NCBI GenBank assembly: GCA_002104945.1
Contig: MCFH01000011.1
Coordinates: 186,001-250,000, forward strand
Direction: 5' to 3'
DNA: 64,000 bases
Source: Piromyces finnis finn
Taxonomy: Eukaryota > Fungi > Neocallimastigomycota
Both the position numbers and the translations under genes were made by a program. Under the pieces are notes generated by a model. The model was not told where the DNA came from. It made no database searches and was given only the letters and a program-made list of their open reading frames with translations. Positions 29,539 through 44,247 of this stretch are shown piece by piece. Each line of letters begins with the position of its first letter. The first letter of the stretch is position 1.

Positions 29539-32500
29539 ATGGAAATAAAATCAATAAATCAATTTGTAAATATACTGAATATTTAATAGAGAATTATATT
29601 ATATCGAATTTTTATTTTATATATGTATATTTAATATTACATTAATCAATGCCTTTTCTAATGTTCTATATAAAAATTTATCTAATTTTTAATTGGAAAT
29701 TTTTAAATATTTCTATTTTGATTATAAGCAATTGGGTGATTGTATTGGTAAAGGTGCATTTGGAAGTGTTTATCGAGCTTTAAATTTGGAGAATGGAGAA
29801 GTTGTAGCAATTAAACAATTAAAATTAAATAAAATATCTAAATCAGAACTTGATGTTATTATGGTAATTTCAATACTTTAATTGCTTTTTAATATAAATA
29901 TAAAATTAATTTGTATTTTTCAATAAAATTATAATTCTTAATTAAAATATTCAATATTTATTTTATAAAAAGACCGAAATTGATTTACTGAAAAAACTGA
30001 AGGTATAAATGGATATCATAGAAAAGTAGAAAGATATATTAAAACAAATTAATATATAGTAACAAACTATTTAAACTATTATATATAGCATCCGAATATT
30101 GTCAAATATTATGGGTTTATTAAAACTAAAGATTTTTTAAATATTATACTTGAGTAAATATTATCATTAAAATTATAATAATTATATAAATAACAATTGA
30201 AAAACTTAATTAATAAAAAAAATAAAACCTACGAAATTATAAGATATTGTGAAAACGGCTCATTGCAAACGATTTATAAAAGATTTGGACAATTTCCAGA
30301 AAATCTTGTAGCCGTCTATATCAGTCAAGTATTAGATGGATTACTGTATTTACATGAGCAAGGTGTAATTCATAGGGATATAAAAGGTAAATAATTTGAA
30401 ATTAATTTTTTTTAATGATGTAGAATATAATTATATAAAATTATTATTTTATTTATCTTTTTATTTATTTATTATTTATTACTTAAAAAAAAAAACAAAA
30501 GGTCCAAATATTTTAACAACAAAAGATGGATCTGCTAAATTAGCTGATTTTGGTGTTGCTACATGTATGGGTGAAAATGAAGATAAATCTGTTGTTGGAT
30601 CACCTTATTGGAGTAATATATATATATATATATTAATAAAAATAAATACAATTGTAATTGTTTATATATAATTATATAAATTATTAATGGATAAAAGTGG
30701 CACCTGAAGTTATTGAATTGAATGGTGCAACAACAGCTTCTGATATTTGGTATATTTTAATTTTAATAATGAAAATATTAGTTTTCTGAAATTCAGTATA
30801 TTTTTGACATTAATATTTTTAAATGTTTAAATATAACATATCTCCATACATTAATAAAACAATAAAAAAAAAATTGTTACATAATAAAAAACAAAAAAAA
30901 GGAGTGTTGGTTGTACAACAATTGAATTATTAAGTGGTGAACCACCGTATTATAATTTATCTCCAATGTCTGCATTATTTAGAATTGTTGAAGATGAACA
31001 TCCCCCAATTATGGAAGGAATTTCAAGTGTAACTTTATATTAAATTATTAAATAAACATTAATATATAAATTAATAATAATTAATACAAAAAATTAATAT
31101 TAAAAATATATTAAAAAGGCATTGAAAGATTTTTTACTTCAATGTTTTCAAAAAGACTATAATTTAAGAATTTCAGCAAAGAAACTTTTAAAACATCCGT
31201 GGATTCAAAATGCAAGAAAAAAAGTATAATTATATTATTTTATGTTTATACTAATAGTAATAATTATTTTTAAATAAATAATAATAATAACAATATTTAA
31301 AACTTTTTGATATTAATAAATATTATATTATAAGCTTAACTCTGATGTAGAAAATATTGGATGCTGGGATGAACAAATTAATACAGTTAAGAAATGGAAT
31401 GAAGCATTAATAGGTATAAAAATAATTTGAATAATGTTATATTATTGTATAAATTTTTTATATATAATAAAAGATAGCAATATTAATAAATTAATAAAGA
31501 TATTGAAAAGAATCCAGTAGTCTTGGAGCTTCCTCAACAAAGTAATTCCGAGAGACCAATACATGAAGCAAATTTCAACAACTTATTAGCTGAACCAGAA
31601 AATGAAGGTAAAATTAAATTAATTTAAACATATATCTCATGTACAATATCTAATATATCGTCTATTCATTTTTTAAGATGAAAATTGGGATGAAGACTTT
31701 CAATATGAGAGTATGGGAAATACTGAATTTATGAATAAATTGCAGTTCCCTCAAATTATTAATAATACATCAAATAAAGGAGAAATAAAAGATAAAGAAA
31801 ATACAATAAAACCAAAGAAGATTTTAGTAGATACTGAAGCATCAATTAGAGCTAGTAGTATATCATTATATAATTGTAAAGAAGGTGTATTAGAAAATTG
31901 GGATGATGATTTTGATGTAGAGGATGAAGAATCACAATTATGTGATTCATCTGTAACATATACAATTACACCTGGAAATTATATGAATTTAAAAAATGAA
32001 AAAGAATTATTTGAAAAGAAAAAACCATCGATTTATAAAAATGAAAACAATAATAATAACAACAACAATAACAGTAACAATAAGAATAATAATAAAAGTA
32101 ATAAAAATAAAATCACATTTAACATGTATATAGAAGATGAGAATGATAATAATGATTTTGAAGATATATCATGGACTGAACGTAAGTTTAATAATATGAA
32201 GAAAAATAAATACTTGAATATATGTTAATTTGTTTAATTTATATATAAAATAGAGGATGATTTAAAATTGGAAAAAATAAAAACAACGAAGGGTGTATGT
32301 ATATAAAAATATTACTTATAACTAAATTATTTATTAAGCTAAATATCATATATACTAATTTTATAAAAAAATGAAAAGTTTGTTTCATTCTCAACTGCGG
32401 ATGATGATGATGATAATGATCCATTTTCAGATATATGTGAAGAATTTAATGAAATTGGTATTATAATATAGTTAAATATTATTACTCAAATAATTTATTC

Positions 32501-34783
32501 ATATTTTATTTATGCTAATGTATAAATATATTAATATATCAATATTTTTTAATTAGAACTTGAAAAAAATATTCAAAAAGAAAAAATAGCGAAATTGACA
32601 GCGGAAATAAAACAACATATTGTTTCGTTATCATCATCAAATATTGAAATCTTTACTAATAGTGCACAAAAATTGGTAATTTCTAATTTGTAATATGTTT
32701 TGAAATGGTATATAAAAACATCACTATTAAATCTATATTTTATTTAAATAAAAATCTTATTGCAGAAAACATTATTCACAGAGCAGCCAGATTTAACGAA
32801 TGTCTTAATTACGAATCATTTTATTTTGCCTATTATTGATGTATTAGAGAAATCAAAGTCATCACAAACAATATGTGAAATATTGGAATTAGTAAAAATT
32901 GTATGTATAAGAATATAATAAAATAATTATAATTTATTAAATAAATAAGCATACTAATAATATATTATATAAAATATATTTAATATTTTAAGATATCTTT
33001 AAAAAATAATGAAATTCAAGAACATTTTATTTTATTAGGTGGTCTTCCATTAATTATATCATATGCAGAAATGCAATATGAGCACAAGATTAGATATTTA
33101 GCTTCTTTTATTATTCAAACAATATGTAAAAATACAAAGTCTGTTACATTCCAAACATTTATTTCTTGTAGAGGCCTTCCTGCATTAGTTGAATTGCTTG
33201 GTGGGGATTATGTAGAAAACAAAGATTTAATTTTTATGACTATTGATAGTATTTATGATATATTTGAATTACAGGTAATTATATGTTTTATTAATTATAG
33301 CAGAATTAATATATATTTACAAAACTCTTGATTTAATATATATATGTATAAAGAACTCAACACCAAAAAGTGACTATTTACAATTATTTATCGTAAGTTT
33401 TAAAAATAATGTATTAATTTATGAATATGAATGGTATTATTAATATTTAAAATATATTAATTTCTTGTTATTATTTTTATAATTAATAAAATTCTAGAAA
33501 TGTGATTTAATACCCAATTTATTAGATGTTATGAATAATATTATAGTGGATAATGACATATTTGATGCTGAAGAGTATGAAAACAAAATTGTAAATATAT
33601 TTTTGAAGTTTTCAAGAGGGGATGCAGCTATTAAAGAAGCTGTTGCAACCAAAGAAGCAATAGAAAGTTTATTAAAAGAAATTGATAAATTATATCTTCG
33701 CCAATCAATAAATATTTTAAAAGCATTAAAAAATCTTTCATCAGATTCAAGCACATTAGATAATTTATTTAATGCAGGAATTATTCCAAAATTAATTGAT
33801 TTTATTAATATATATAAGAATGATGAAAAGGTATATTATTATTTATTTAAATTAATATATATTAATAGCGTACCTAATAATTTTTTTAATATTATTTTAT
33901 AATAAATAATTTAAATGAAATAGTATCAGGAGATTTCAAATCAGGTTTTAAATATCATTTATAATTTATGTCGTATTAATAAAAATAGACAAGAAAGCGC
34001 AGCAAAAGCAGGTGTAGTGCCAATTCTACAAGAATATGTTTATAACCCAAGTCCATTAAAAGAATTCGCATTACCAGTACTATGCGAAATGGTTCACGCA
34101 GGGAAAGTAACTAGAGACATTTTATGGGAAAATAATGTATTAAATTCATATATTTTATTAATGAAGGATACCTTTTGGCAAATTAATGCTATTGATGCTA
34201 TTTTTGCATGGTAATAATATAAAATATATAAAACTCCACATAAGAACATAATTTTATTAATTAAATTTTAAAAATTATTGATAGGCTTTTAGAAGATCCA
34301 TTGCCAATTGAATCTGTAATTGAAAAACAAGACAATATTGAAATAATAATTAACGCTATCAATTTATGTTGTTCAACAAATTCAAAATTTGATACGAAAT
34401 TTGTAAATTTTCTTGAAATATTACAAAAATTAATGTTTATTTCTAAAACTATTAATGAACGTATAACTATTGTTACATTGGAACAATTTAGTACACTTGG
34501 AATTCAATTCTTTGGTAAATTAGTTGGAAAACTTTTACATCCAAATGCTCTTGTCAAAGTTAATATATTAAAGATTTTAACATCGATGTTTGAATGTCTT
34601 ATAACTGAAAAAAAGAGAGAATTATATCATAAATTAAATAATAATTATGATATATTAATAAAGTTAGATTCTTTAATGAATGATTCAGCAATTCTTGTAA
34701 AAGATTTAGTTACTAATTTAAAAAATAATTTAGAAGAATTTATCGAAGAAGAAGAAGAAGTGTTTGATATTGATGATAAATGA
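29539..34783 (+). CDS. CDC15: Cdc15/SepH/S. pombe Cdc7-family Ser/Thr kinase with C-terminal ARM/HEAT-like repeats (~21 exons)
   Basis: Motifs seen: [96 protein letters not shown]. Downstream, [19 protein letters not shown]- and [12 protein letters not shown]-type segments are typical of SepH/Cdc7. Confidence 0.9.
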
Positions 34784-35198
34784 ATTTTTAATTAAGAAAA
34801 AGTACAGAATATATATATATTTATATATAAAATTATAATTATATTCTATATAAAAACTATTTATGATATTATCATGACTAAAATAGGCATAAATATTTTT
34901 TTTAAAAAAATGAAACTAAACACCTAAATTCAAGACTATTTATAGTTTGTAAAATACAAATTGTAAAATACATATACATATAATTATTTAATACACTATT
35001 TTATTTGTGTTATTATTTATAAAAATAATAATTTAATAACTATTGAATATTCTCTGTATATCTGTTACTTTGATTATATATAAAATGTATAAAATATAAT
35101 AATAATATTTATAATAACAATAATAAAATAAAAAAAAAAAACAAAAACAAAAGCAAAACAGAACTTTCTAAAAACACAGAAAAATTTATATTATAAAT

Positions 35199-35201
<3 letters not shown>

Positions 35202-35232
<31 letters not shown>
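35202..35232. repeat. Poly(T) tract
   Basis: A homopolymer run between the convergent kinase and SDA1 genes. Confidence 0.9.
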
Positions 35233-35239
<7 letters not shown>

Positions 35240-35302
35240 TAAATAAATTTAGGTTTGTAATTCATAAAAGCATGAATATCCAGATAGAAGTAGATATATT
35301 GA

Positions 35303-38300
35303 TTACTTTAACTTCATTTTTTGTTTCTTTATATGGGCTCTTAAAATTTTCTATTTTAATTTAAATATAAAGTATGAATTTTTTTATTATAAAATAATAG
35401 ATAGACATTATATTAATTATAAACAACATACTTGTTTTTCTCTCAATGATTTCTTTGCCTTATTTTGAACGCTTCTCTTATGTACAACCATCATGAAAGC
35501 CTTATTCTTCTTTGCCTTTTCCTATTTTTTTTTAAGAAATATACAATTGCAGTTAATATTTCTTAATATTTTTATAAATAACAAATAATATTTATTAATT
35601 ATACACTTACAGCATTTGTAACACTTGCTCTTTCCTTTCCTTTTCTGGAACCGAACTTTTCACGGCCTTCACGACCACGCTATTATTTATAAAGCAAATA
35701 AACAATTTTATTTAAATTTATAATTTAATAAAATAATAAAATAAATATGTTTTTAAATCGTATTATAATATACCTTAATACTTTCAATACGTTCTGCATA
35801 ATCTGACTTCTTTCTTTTTATATGAACAGTAAGATCATCAGCATCAAGATATTCTTTTTTTTCATCTTCATCTTCTTCTTCTGAAGAATCCGAAATATAT
35901 TCATCTTCCTTATTGCCTGTCATTCTTTTTATTTCTTCATGATGACGAAGTCTTTTTAATTTATTGAAATCTTCATCTGTTAAAATCTATTATTATATAA
36001 TGTCGTACATGTGTATTAATATATAATTAACGATAAATATATTATATAATTATTTAAAATAATATTACTCTTGTTGTTAATTCTTCAGTAGCTTTTTTCT
36101 TTTCAATCATTTTTATTCTTTCCTTTTCAGCCTTATCTTCCTCAGTTTCTTCATCTTGAATTTCATCATTTTCATCACTAAATACTTCAGCTTCACTATC
36201 AACTTCCCATCCTTCCCATCCTTCTCCAGGATCTTCATTGTCATTATTTTCATTATTTTCTTTTTCTTCTTTCTTTTTTTCATATTTCATCAAAAGCTAA
36301 AATATTTGTAATTATAAATATTATAAACAATTTTAATGTAATTTTAATAAAATAATTATCAAAACAAAACTTATTATATTTGTTAACTTACATCCATTCC
36401 TTCTACTGTATCGTTAATCTTAACTTCACCATATTGTGGAGCTTTAATATCCTTAAGATTAATTGAAGCAATTTTACCCTATTTTTATTATTATATTTAA
36501 AATATATATATTAGGAAACAAACGAACGAACAAAAAAAAAAAAAAAAAACCCTATTTAATAATATTTTACTCTGTCTTTTTTCTTCAACATTTCTGGGTT
36601 AATTTCACGATATAAACTTATCAAGGATTTAGCAGCAGCAGTAACACCTTATTTATTATTATTTAATCAATATAATCAATATATATATATTAAATTATTA
36701 TCAAATAAATGATATTTTATAAATTTATAAATATAAAAATATTAATTTTTAATTTACCACTATCTTGATGAATCTTGAAGTCAGCAACTAAACTTTGTAA
36801 TAATCTTTCATTCATTGATAATGGTGCACGATTACAAATTTCTCTTAAACTATTCAAACTGTTTTTTGTTGTAAAAACAATAAAAGTTGATAATAAATAT
36901 TTTTTTTCATTATATATAAAATTTAAAAAGTTAATATATTATTTACCCAACAATAATAACTTCAGATGCACAATTTGTCCATAAGAAATTATTTGAAATT
37001 GCTTCAACAATGGGTTCTATAGCATCTGGTGGAATTAAATCATGAATACTTTGTGCTGTATATGCTAAAATTTGTGTAACATCACGTTGATGGGGTACTA
37101 AATATTTAATAATAAATGTATAGAAGTTCAATAATATAAGCTTATGAACACCAATTAAACGTGAAATAAGATTGATCATTTGAACCCTAACTTCAAAAGA
37201 AAATTCAGATGTTGAGGTAACTTGCTTTAATCTTGAGAATAGTTTTTCAGTAAAACCTTTATTTAAAAAATTTACATTTAAAGTTTTTTTTAATATATAA
37301 ATTAAGATAGGATTTTTTTATCGCTTTTATAATTTATTTTTTTATTATATTTTTAATACCTTGTGGATCATTAATTAAATGTAATGCAGAAAAGTTAAAG
37401 ACTTCGGCCTTGTTTCTTTGTCTTTCTTTCTATTAAATTATATAAAATAGTAAATACTATATAAATATTTTTTTATAATAATTAACTTTGAATTTTGTAA
37501 AAAATTTATTTATGTCACCTTTTTTAATGTTGTTAATGCTCTTTCCATTTGTGCTTGCTTTGATTTTGTTTTTTTAGTAATTTTCATTGTTCTTTTCATA
37601 TATCCAATATCAATATCCTAATGATTTTCATATCCATAATAATTATAATAATTATAATAATTAAAAATACAATAACAAATAATTAATTTTAAGAAAGTAT
37701 GAATAAGTATTTATTTTCCTTACCTCTTCTTCTTCTTCTTCTTCTTTATTATTATTAACACCTAAAAAAAAGGCTACAGCAGTTGCAGCAATCTTTTGAG
37801 TTTTAGATAAACAAGCTTGTGCAATAATATTTACTGTTTTTTCATCATTCCTTTTTTTATCAATAGAAAATAATAATAATAATGATAATAATAATAATAA
37901 TATAATAATAATAATTAATTACCATTTAACATTATTTAATAATATATATTTATTATTAAATAAATTCGAAATTTACCAAATATTCTTTCTATATAAGTCA
38001 ATCATTACTTTTAATGATTCTCTTGCAGCAATCTAAGTTTATAAAAATATTTATAATTAGCTTTTTTATGTTATATATAAAAATATTTTAAATTTTTGAT
38101 TAAGGTTACATCATCAGTATCATTCAACATTTTGAACATAAAATTTTGGAGAGTCTTATTTAATTTATTATTTTTATGTTTAGCATTCGAATTTTTGATA
38201 TCGGTTACAATATATGTATGTAATAAAGTACGTAAAAGTTTATCCTTACAACGGAATAAAGTGAAAAATAATGATAATAAACTAAATTGAAATACAATTG

Positions 38301-38716
38301 TGAGTAAAATATTAATTTCAAAATTATAAATATATATTATTACTATTATCAATAATTAATTACTTTGCAGTCGAAACAACATCTTTGTTTTTTAATAAAA
38401 TTAATGCTTGAACCATAGTTTTTCTTAAATCTGGTGATAGTATCATATAATGTTGAGAAAGAATATCAATAATTTGCTGGGGAAACTCAGTTGTTTCTTT
38501 TGGATAGCAATTGGAAACATGACTTAAAAAGGTAATCAATTCACCAAATTCTTCACTTTCGCTTTCGGGTTTTAATTGAAAAATAGCTAATTGAGATTCA
38601 TAATGTCTCCATTGTCTAAAAAACTCATCTTTATATGAAATAGGATCTCTTTTAATAAGATTTTGTAATTGAGGTAAATTTTGAATTAAGGTACTTCCTC
38701 TATTTTTTCTACCCAT
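35303..38716 (-). CDS. SDA1: SDA1, 60S ribosomal subunit biogenesis factor (~15 exons)
   Basis: Motifs seen: [92 protein letters not shown]. The last exon is [15 protein letters not shown]. Confidence 0.95.
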
Positions 38717-39054
38717 TTTTATTTAACATATATTATTATATTTTTATTAAATATGATAAAAATTTATAATTTGAAATATAACAAATTTCTTATATTAATT
38801 AATAATAAAAATATAATAATTTTATTTATTGAAATTTTTTAAAACTTTTTTTTTTTTTTTTTTTTAAAATTTTTTTATTTTTTTTTTATTTTGAAATATC
38901 AAAAATTTTGAATTAATGATTGGATAAAAACGTTTTTTTAAGGTTATAATATTTTAAATAGAAAATTTTTTTGAATATTTTCAAAAATCTTTAAAAATAG
39001 ATTATTAAAATAATTATATTTTGTTCTATATAGTAAAAAATTATAAATGTTAAA
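38717..39054. promoter_or_regulatory. Probable bidirectional promoter between SDA1 and EFL1
   Basis: There are 338 nt between the divergent ATGs. The region has a poly(T) tract, GAAA(A)TTTTT RRPE-like words at 38831 and 38961, and ATTGG (reverse CCAAT) at 38919. The motifs are weak evidence in AT-rich DNA. Confidence 0.55.
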
Positions 39055-42000
39055 ATGACAACAGTACATAAAATATCTGCGCTTCAAAAAAATGTCAAAA
39101 ACATACGAAATATCTGTATTTTAGCTCATGTGGATCATGGTAATTCTTAATAACTTTATTTATTATATATTTTTATATAATAAAAATGAATATATATGTA
39201 TTTTATTTTCATTTCTAAACCAAATATTTTTTTCTAAATAAAATTTAAATTTACATATAATAATTTAATATATAATATTTGTTATAAATATTTTATTATT
39301 TTTTTTATTTCATTTCCATAATTAAATTTAAATATTACGAAATTCAAGGGAAAACAACACTTTCTGATAGTTTGTTAGCTTCAAATGGTATTATTTCTGA
39401 AAGATTAGCAGGAAAGGTTAGATACTTAGATAGTAGAGAAGATGAACAAGAAAGAGGTATCACTATGGAATCGTCCGGAATCTCATTATCTTTTCAAGTA
39501 ATTTCTAATATTCTTAATAGTGAGACCCAAAAAGGTAAATAAAATAAATAAAAGAATTAAATTATGCTTATAATATTAATTAAAAAAGAAAGGAAAAAAT
39601 AATTTTTTTTTTAAATTTAATTTTTAATGACAAATTTTTATTTATCTCATTTTAATATAATACACTATAATAAAATAGCTGAATTAAAAAGAGAAGACTA
39701 TTTAATTAATTTAATTGATTCCCCAGGACATATAGATTTTTCAAGTGAAGTTTCAATTGCTTCAAGATTATGTGATGGTGCCTTAGTATTGGTTGATGTA
39801 GTTGAAGGTATTTGTACTCAGGTAATAAAAAAATGCAATAGTTGAAATATAATAAACCATTATTTTTATTTTTTATTATTGTTTAATAATAAATTATTCA
39901 TTATTTGAAATGTAATAAAGACACATACTGTTCTTCGACAAGCTTGGGATGAAAATATTCGTTGTATTATTGTTTTTAATAAAATTGATAGATTAATTAC
40001 AGAATTAAAATTAACTGCAACTGAGGCATACATTCATATAAGAAATATTCTTGAACAAATTAATGCTATAATGGGTTCTTTCTATGCCGGAGGAGTAATG
40101 GAAGAAGATAATTTAAAGAGGGAGGTAAGTACGTGATATATTTATTATGGTAAATTTTAAATAAGTATTATTAAACTTTATTATTTTATAGAACAAAAAT
40201 AATACAAATGAAGAAAATGAAGAAAGCGAATGGGATGAAGAAAAAGAAAAAGAAATTTTCTTTTCACCTGAAAAAGGAAACGTCATTTTTGCTAGTGCCA
40301 TTGATGGTTGGGCATTTAGGTAATATTTTTAATTTGAATATATATATAAAAGTTTAATAAACAAGAAAATCTAATTTTGTAATTTTGTAATTTTGTGTTG
40401 AAATTTAAATATAATTTTTATTTTATTATATATAAAGAATTGATTCATTTGCAAAAATTTATGCTAAAAAGCTTGGTATAAAGGAAGCACTTCTTAAAAA
40501 ATGTTTATGGGGTGATTATTATTTAGATCCAAAAACTAAAAAGGTTATTGGTTACAAACATTTAAAAGGAAGAAACTTAAAACCAATGTTTGTTCAGTTT
40601 ATTTTAGATAATATTTGGACAATCTTTGAAGCTGTTGAAAATAAGTAATATTTAAATAATAACTTATTTCATTTAATATTATTTCATTTAAATATTTAAA
40701 TATCAATGCATTATTTATTAAATTAAACTTAAGTGATAAGGAAAAAGTTGATAAGATTGTAAAGTCATTAAATTTAAAGATTTTACCAAGAGATCTTAAA
40801 TCAAAGGATATTAGGGCCGTACAATCAACAATATGCAGTACATGGCTTCCATTAGCACAAACTGTACTTTATATCCTTTTAATAACATTATTTTATATTT
40901 AAATATAATTATAATAGATAACAGTATTGATATAATTATTTTTAATAATACTAATTAAAAAACCCTTAACTAAATATTTACATAGTATTATTGAACAACT
41001 TCCATCTCCATTAGAAGCTCAAAAAATTCGTTTACCAAAACTTTTATATCCACAAAATATTGATAATGTTCCTGATCAAGAATTAACAGAAAATCAAAAG
41101 AAACTTGAAAATGCTCTATATGAATGTGATTCTAGTGAAGATGCTCCAGTTATTGTTATTTTGTCTAAAATGGTTGATGTTAAACCAGAAGATTTACCAA
41201 CAAATCGTAGAGTTCAATTGACAGCTGAAGAAATGAGAGAAAATAGAAGAAGATTATTAGAACAAAGAAAATTACAATTAGAAGGACAAATCTCATCTCA
41301 ATCATCTGGAGCTGTACCTATATCTGAAGTTCAAACATTAATTTCAACTGAAAATAGTAATTCAAAATCTGAAGAAGAAAAAAAGAAGAAAGAGGGTACT
41401 TTAATTGGGTTCGCAAGAATTTTTTCAGGCACTATTCACGAAGGTCAAACAGTTTATGTTATGGGTCCAAAATATGATCCAATGGATCCAACAAAATTCT
41501 GTACCCAAGTTAAAGTAGAAAATTTATATTTAATTATGGGAAAAGAATTAGAAACTCTTTCATCTGTTCCAGCAGGTAATGTTTTTGGTATTGGTGGCTT
41601 AAATGAAGCCGTTTTGAAAAGTGCTACAATTTCCACATTAACCGAATGTCCAAGTTTAGTTAATGTTAATATGAAAGCTCCACCAATTGTTAGAGTTGCT
41701 GTTGAACCATATGATCCAAGTAGTGTAGCTTTCTAATAATATTAAGAAATAATTAAGAATAAAACAGAAATGTAATTTTTTATAACATTTGCAATAAATG
41801 AAATTTTAATAGGTGACATGCCAAAATTAGTTGAAGGTTTAAAACTTCTAAATCAAGCTGACTCTTGTGTTGAAGTATTAATTCAAGAAACAGGAGAACA
41901 TGTTATTGTTACAGCTGGTGAATTGCATTTAGAAGTAAAATAATAATTTAATGATTAATATCATTACTTAATTTAATAATATTATTAATAATTAATATGA

Positions 42001-43461
42001 CTATTGGATTAATTTTGTTATTATTTTTGATAACAATATATATATTATTGATATATTAAATATAATAGAGATGTTTAAAGGATTTAAGAGAAAAATATGC
42101 GAAAATTGGCCTTCATGCTTCAGATCCTATTGTACCTTATAGAGAAACTCTTTCAAATCAACCTGCAATTAATACCAATCCATTCCAAGAATATAGTGAT
42201 GGTATGTTATGAACCATATAATAAATAATAAGATTAAAAACATTTATTTCATCATATATAAAAACTATAATTATTAAATAAAAAATTAGATGAAGAAGAA
42301 AATGATGATGATGACAATGATGAAAATGAAAAAGCTGAAAAAACTAAAACAAAAAAGGATAACTTACCAATTGGTACTAAAATTGTTAATACTTCTAAAA
42401 ATATGTGTACAATTCGTATAAGAGCTGTCCCATTACCTGAAAAGGTCACTAAATTCTTAGTAGACCAATCAGAAACTATTAAAAAAATTGTTGAACACTA
42501 TGACAATAGAAGAAAGAACATTGCCTCAAATGATGAGGCTTTAGATGAACAAAAAGAAATTAAAGATAAAAATGAACGTCAGAAATTCTTAGATGAATTA
42601 CAAAAATTATTTGATGAAGCAAGCGAAAGTTCTACAAATATAATTGATAGTAATAGACAATTTTGGAAGAATATTGTTTCTAAGTATGTAATAAAAGAAG
42701 GATAATAAATAATGAAAATATGCATATATATTTATTTATTATGTTTATTTATTATGTTTGAATTTACATAACAACTATTATATTATTGACAATACTTAAA
42801 ATATTAAAATATTAAAGAATATGGTCCTTTGGTTCAAAGAGAATTGGTCCAAATATTCTGGTTAACAACATTCCTGATTATGAAAGAATTCCGTAATATA
42901 TTTAAGATCGTATTACAAAAATAAAATTTAAATATAGTTAAAATATTATTAATAATGACTATATTATTAAAATTAAATATATACATAGATGGTGTTCTAC
43001 AAGTAATAATGATAAGATTGAAAAAAATTCACAAGATATAGTTTCTGTTAGGGATTTTGAAGGTAGTATTAATTCTGGTTTCCAAATTGCTACCAATTCC
43101 GGTCCATTATGTGCTGAGCCAATGATGGGTGTTTGTTATATATTGGAAAATTTTGATATTAATATAGACATTAATCAAGAAAACAATGATGGTAATTAGA
43201 ACTATTTCATTTATTTTTTTATAAATTATTAAAACTTATTATATTATATTATTGAAATTGTTTTGTTTTAAAACATTGTATATTCAAACTTTTTTTTTAT
43301 TAAAATTTAAAAGCTTTATCTATGAGTACCTTATCTGGTCAAGTTATTTCAACAATCAAAGAGGGTTGTCATAGAACTTTTCTAGAATGGTCACCACGTT
43401 TATCATTAGCTACATATTCTTGTGAAATTCAAGCAACTGGTATGTATAATAATTTAAAAGA

Positions 43462-43499
<38 letters not shown>

Positions 43500-44247
43500 T
43501 AATTTATATTTATTAATTATATTATATTACTATGCTATTTTATTTTATTATTAATCATTTCAGCTGAAGTGCTAGGAAAAATTTATGGTGTTCTTTCAAA
43601 AAGACATGCAAGAATTTACGAAGAAGATTTGAAGGAAGGCACTCAATTTTTCCAAATCAAGTCATTATTACCAGTTATTGAAAGTTTTGGTTTTGCTGAT
43701 GGTAAGTTTATGCATAATAATTAATACAATTAGTTGAAGTTTATAAAAAAATATATTTAAATTCATTTCTTTTTTTTTTTTTTTTTATTCTTTTATTTCT
43801 TTTTTTTTTTTTTTTTTTTTTTGTCTATAAAAAGAAATCCGTAAAAGGACTTCTGGTGCAGCTAGTCCACAACTTCTTTTCCATGGGTAATTAAATGCTG
43901 TATAAATATTTATAAGTTTGATTACACTAAATTTATATTAAATTCTAATATAAATTATATATTAGCTATATTGTGTTAGATCAAGATCCATTCTGGGTAC
44001 CAAATACAGAAGAAGAACTTGAAGATTTAGGTGAAAAGGCTGATAAAGAAAACGTAGCTAAGAAATATATGGACAGTGTTAGAAAGAGAAAGGTAAATAT
44101 ATATATAATAAAAAATTATTTAATGATTTATATTCAGATAAATTAATATTAAAAAATAATTTTATTTCTAATAAAAAATAGGGTCTCTTTGTTGATAAAA
44201 AAATTGTTGAGCATGGTGAAAAACAAAGAACACTAAAGAGTAAATAA
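39055..44247 (+). CDS. EFL1: Elongation factor-like GTPase 1 (EFL1/Ria1), 18 exons
   Basis: Motifs seen: [139 protein letters not shown]. Confidence 0.96.
40871..40981 (+). other. U12-type (minor spliceosome) AT-AC intron 7 of EFL1
   Basis: The 5' site is ATATCCTTTT, the branch site is CCCTTAAC (40963-40970), and the terminal AC is at 40980-40981. Splicing gives [11 protein letters not shown]|SIIEQLPSP, in frame with ORF 41161 and the same length as the conserved WLP...LPSP segment. Confidence 0.93.
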
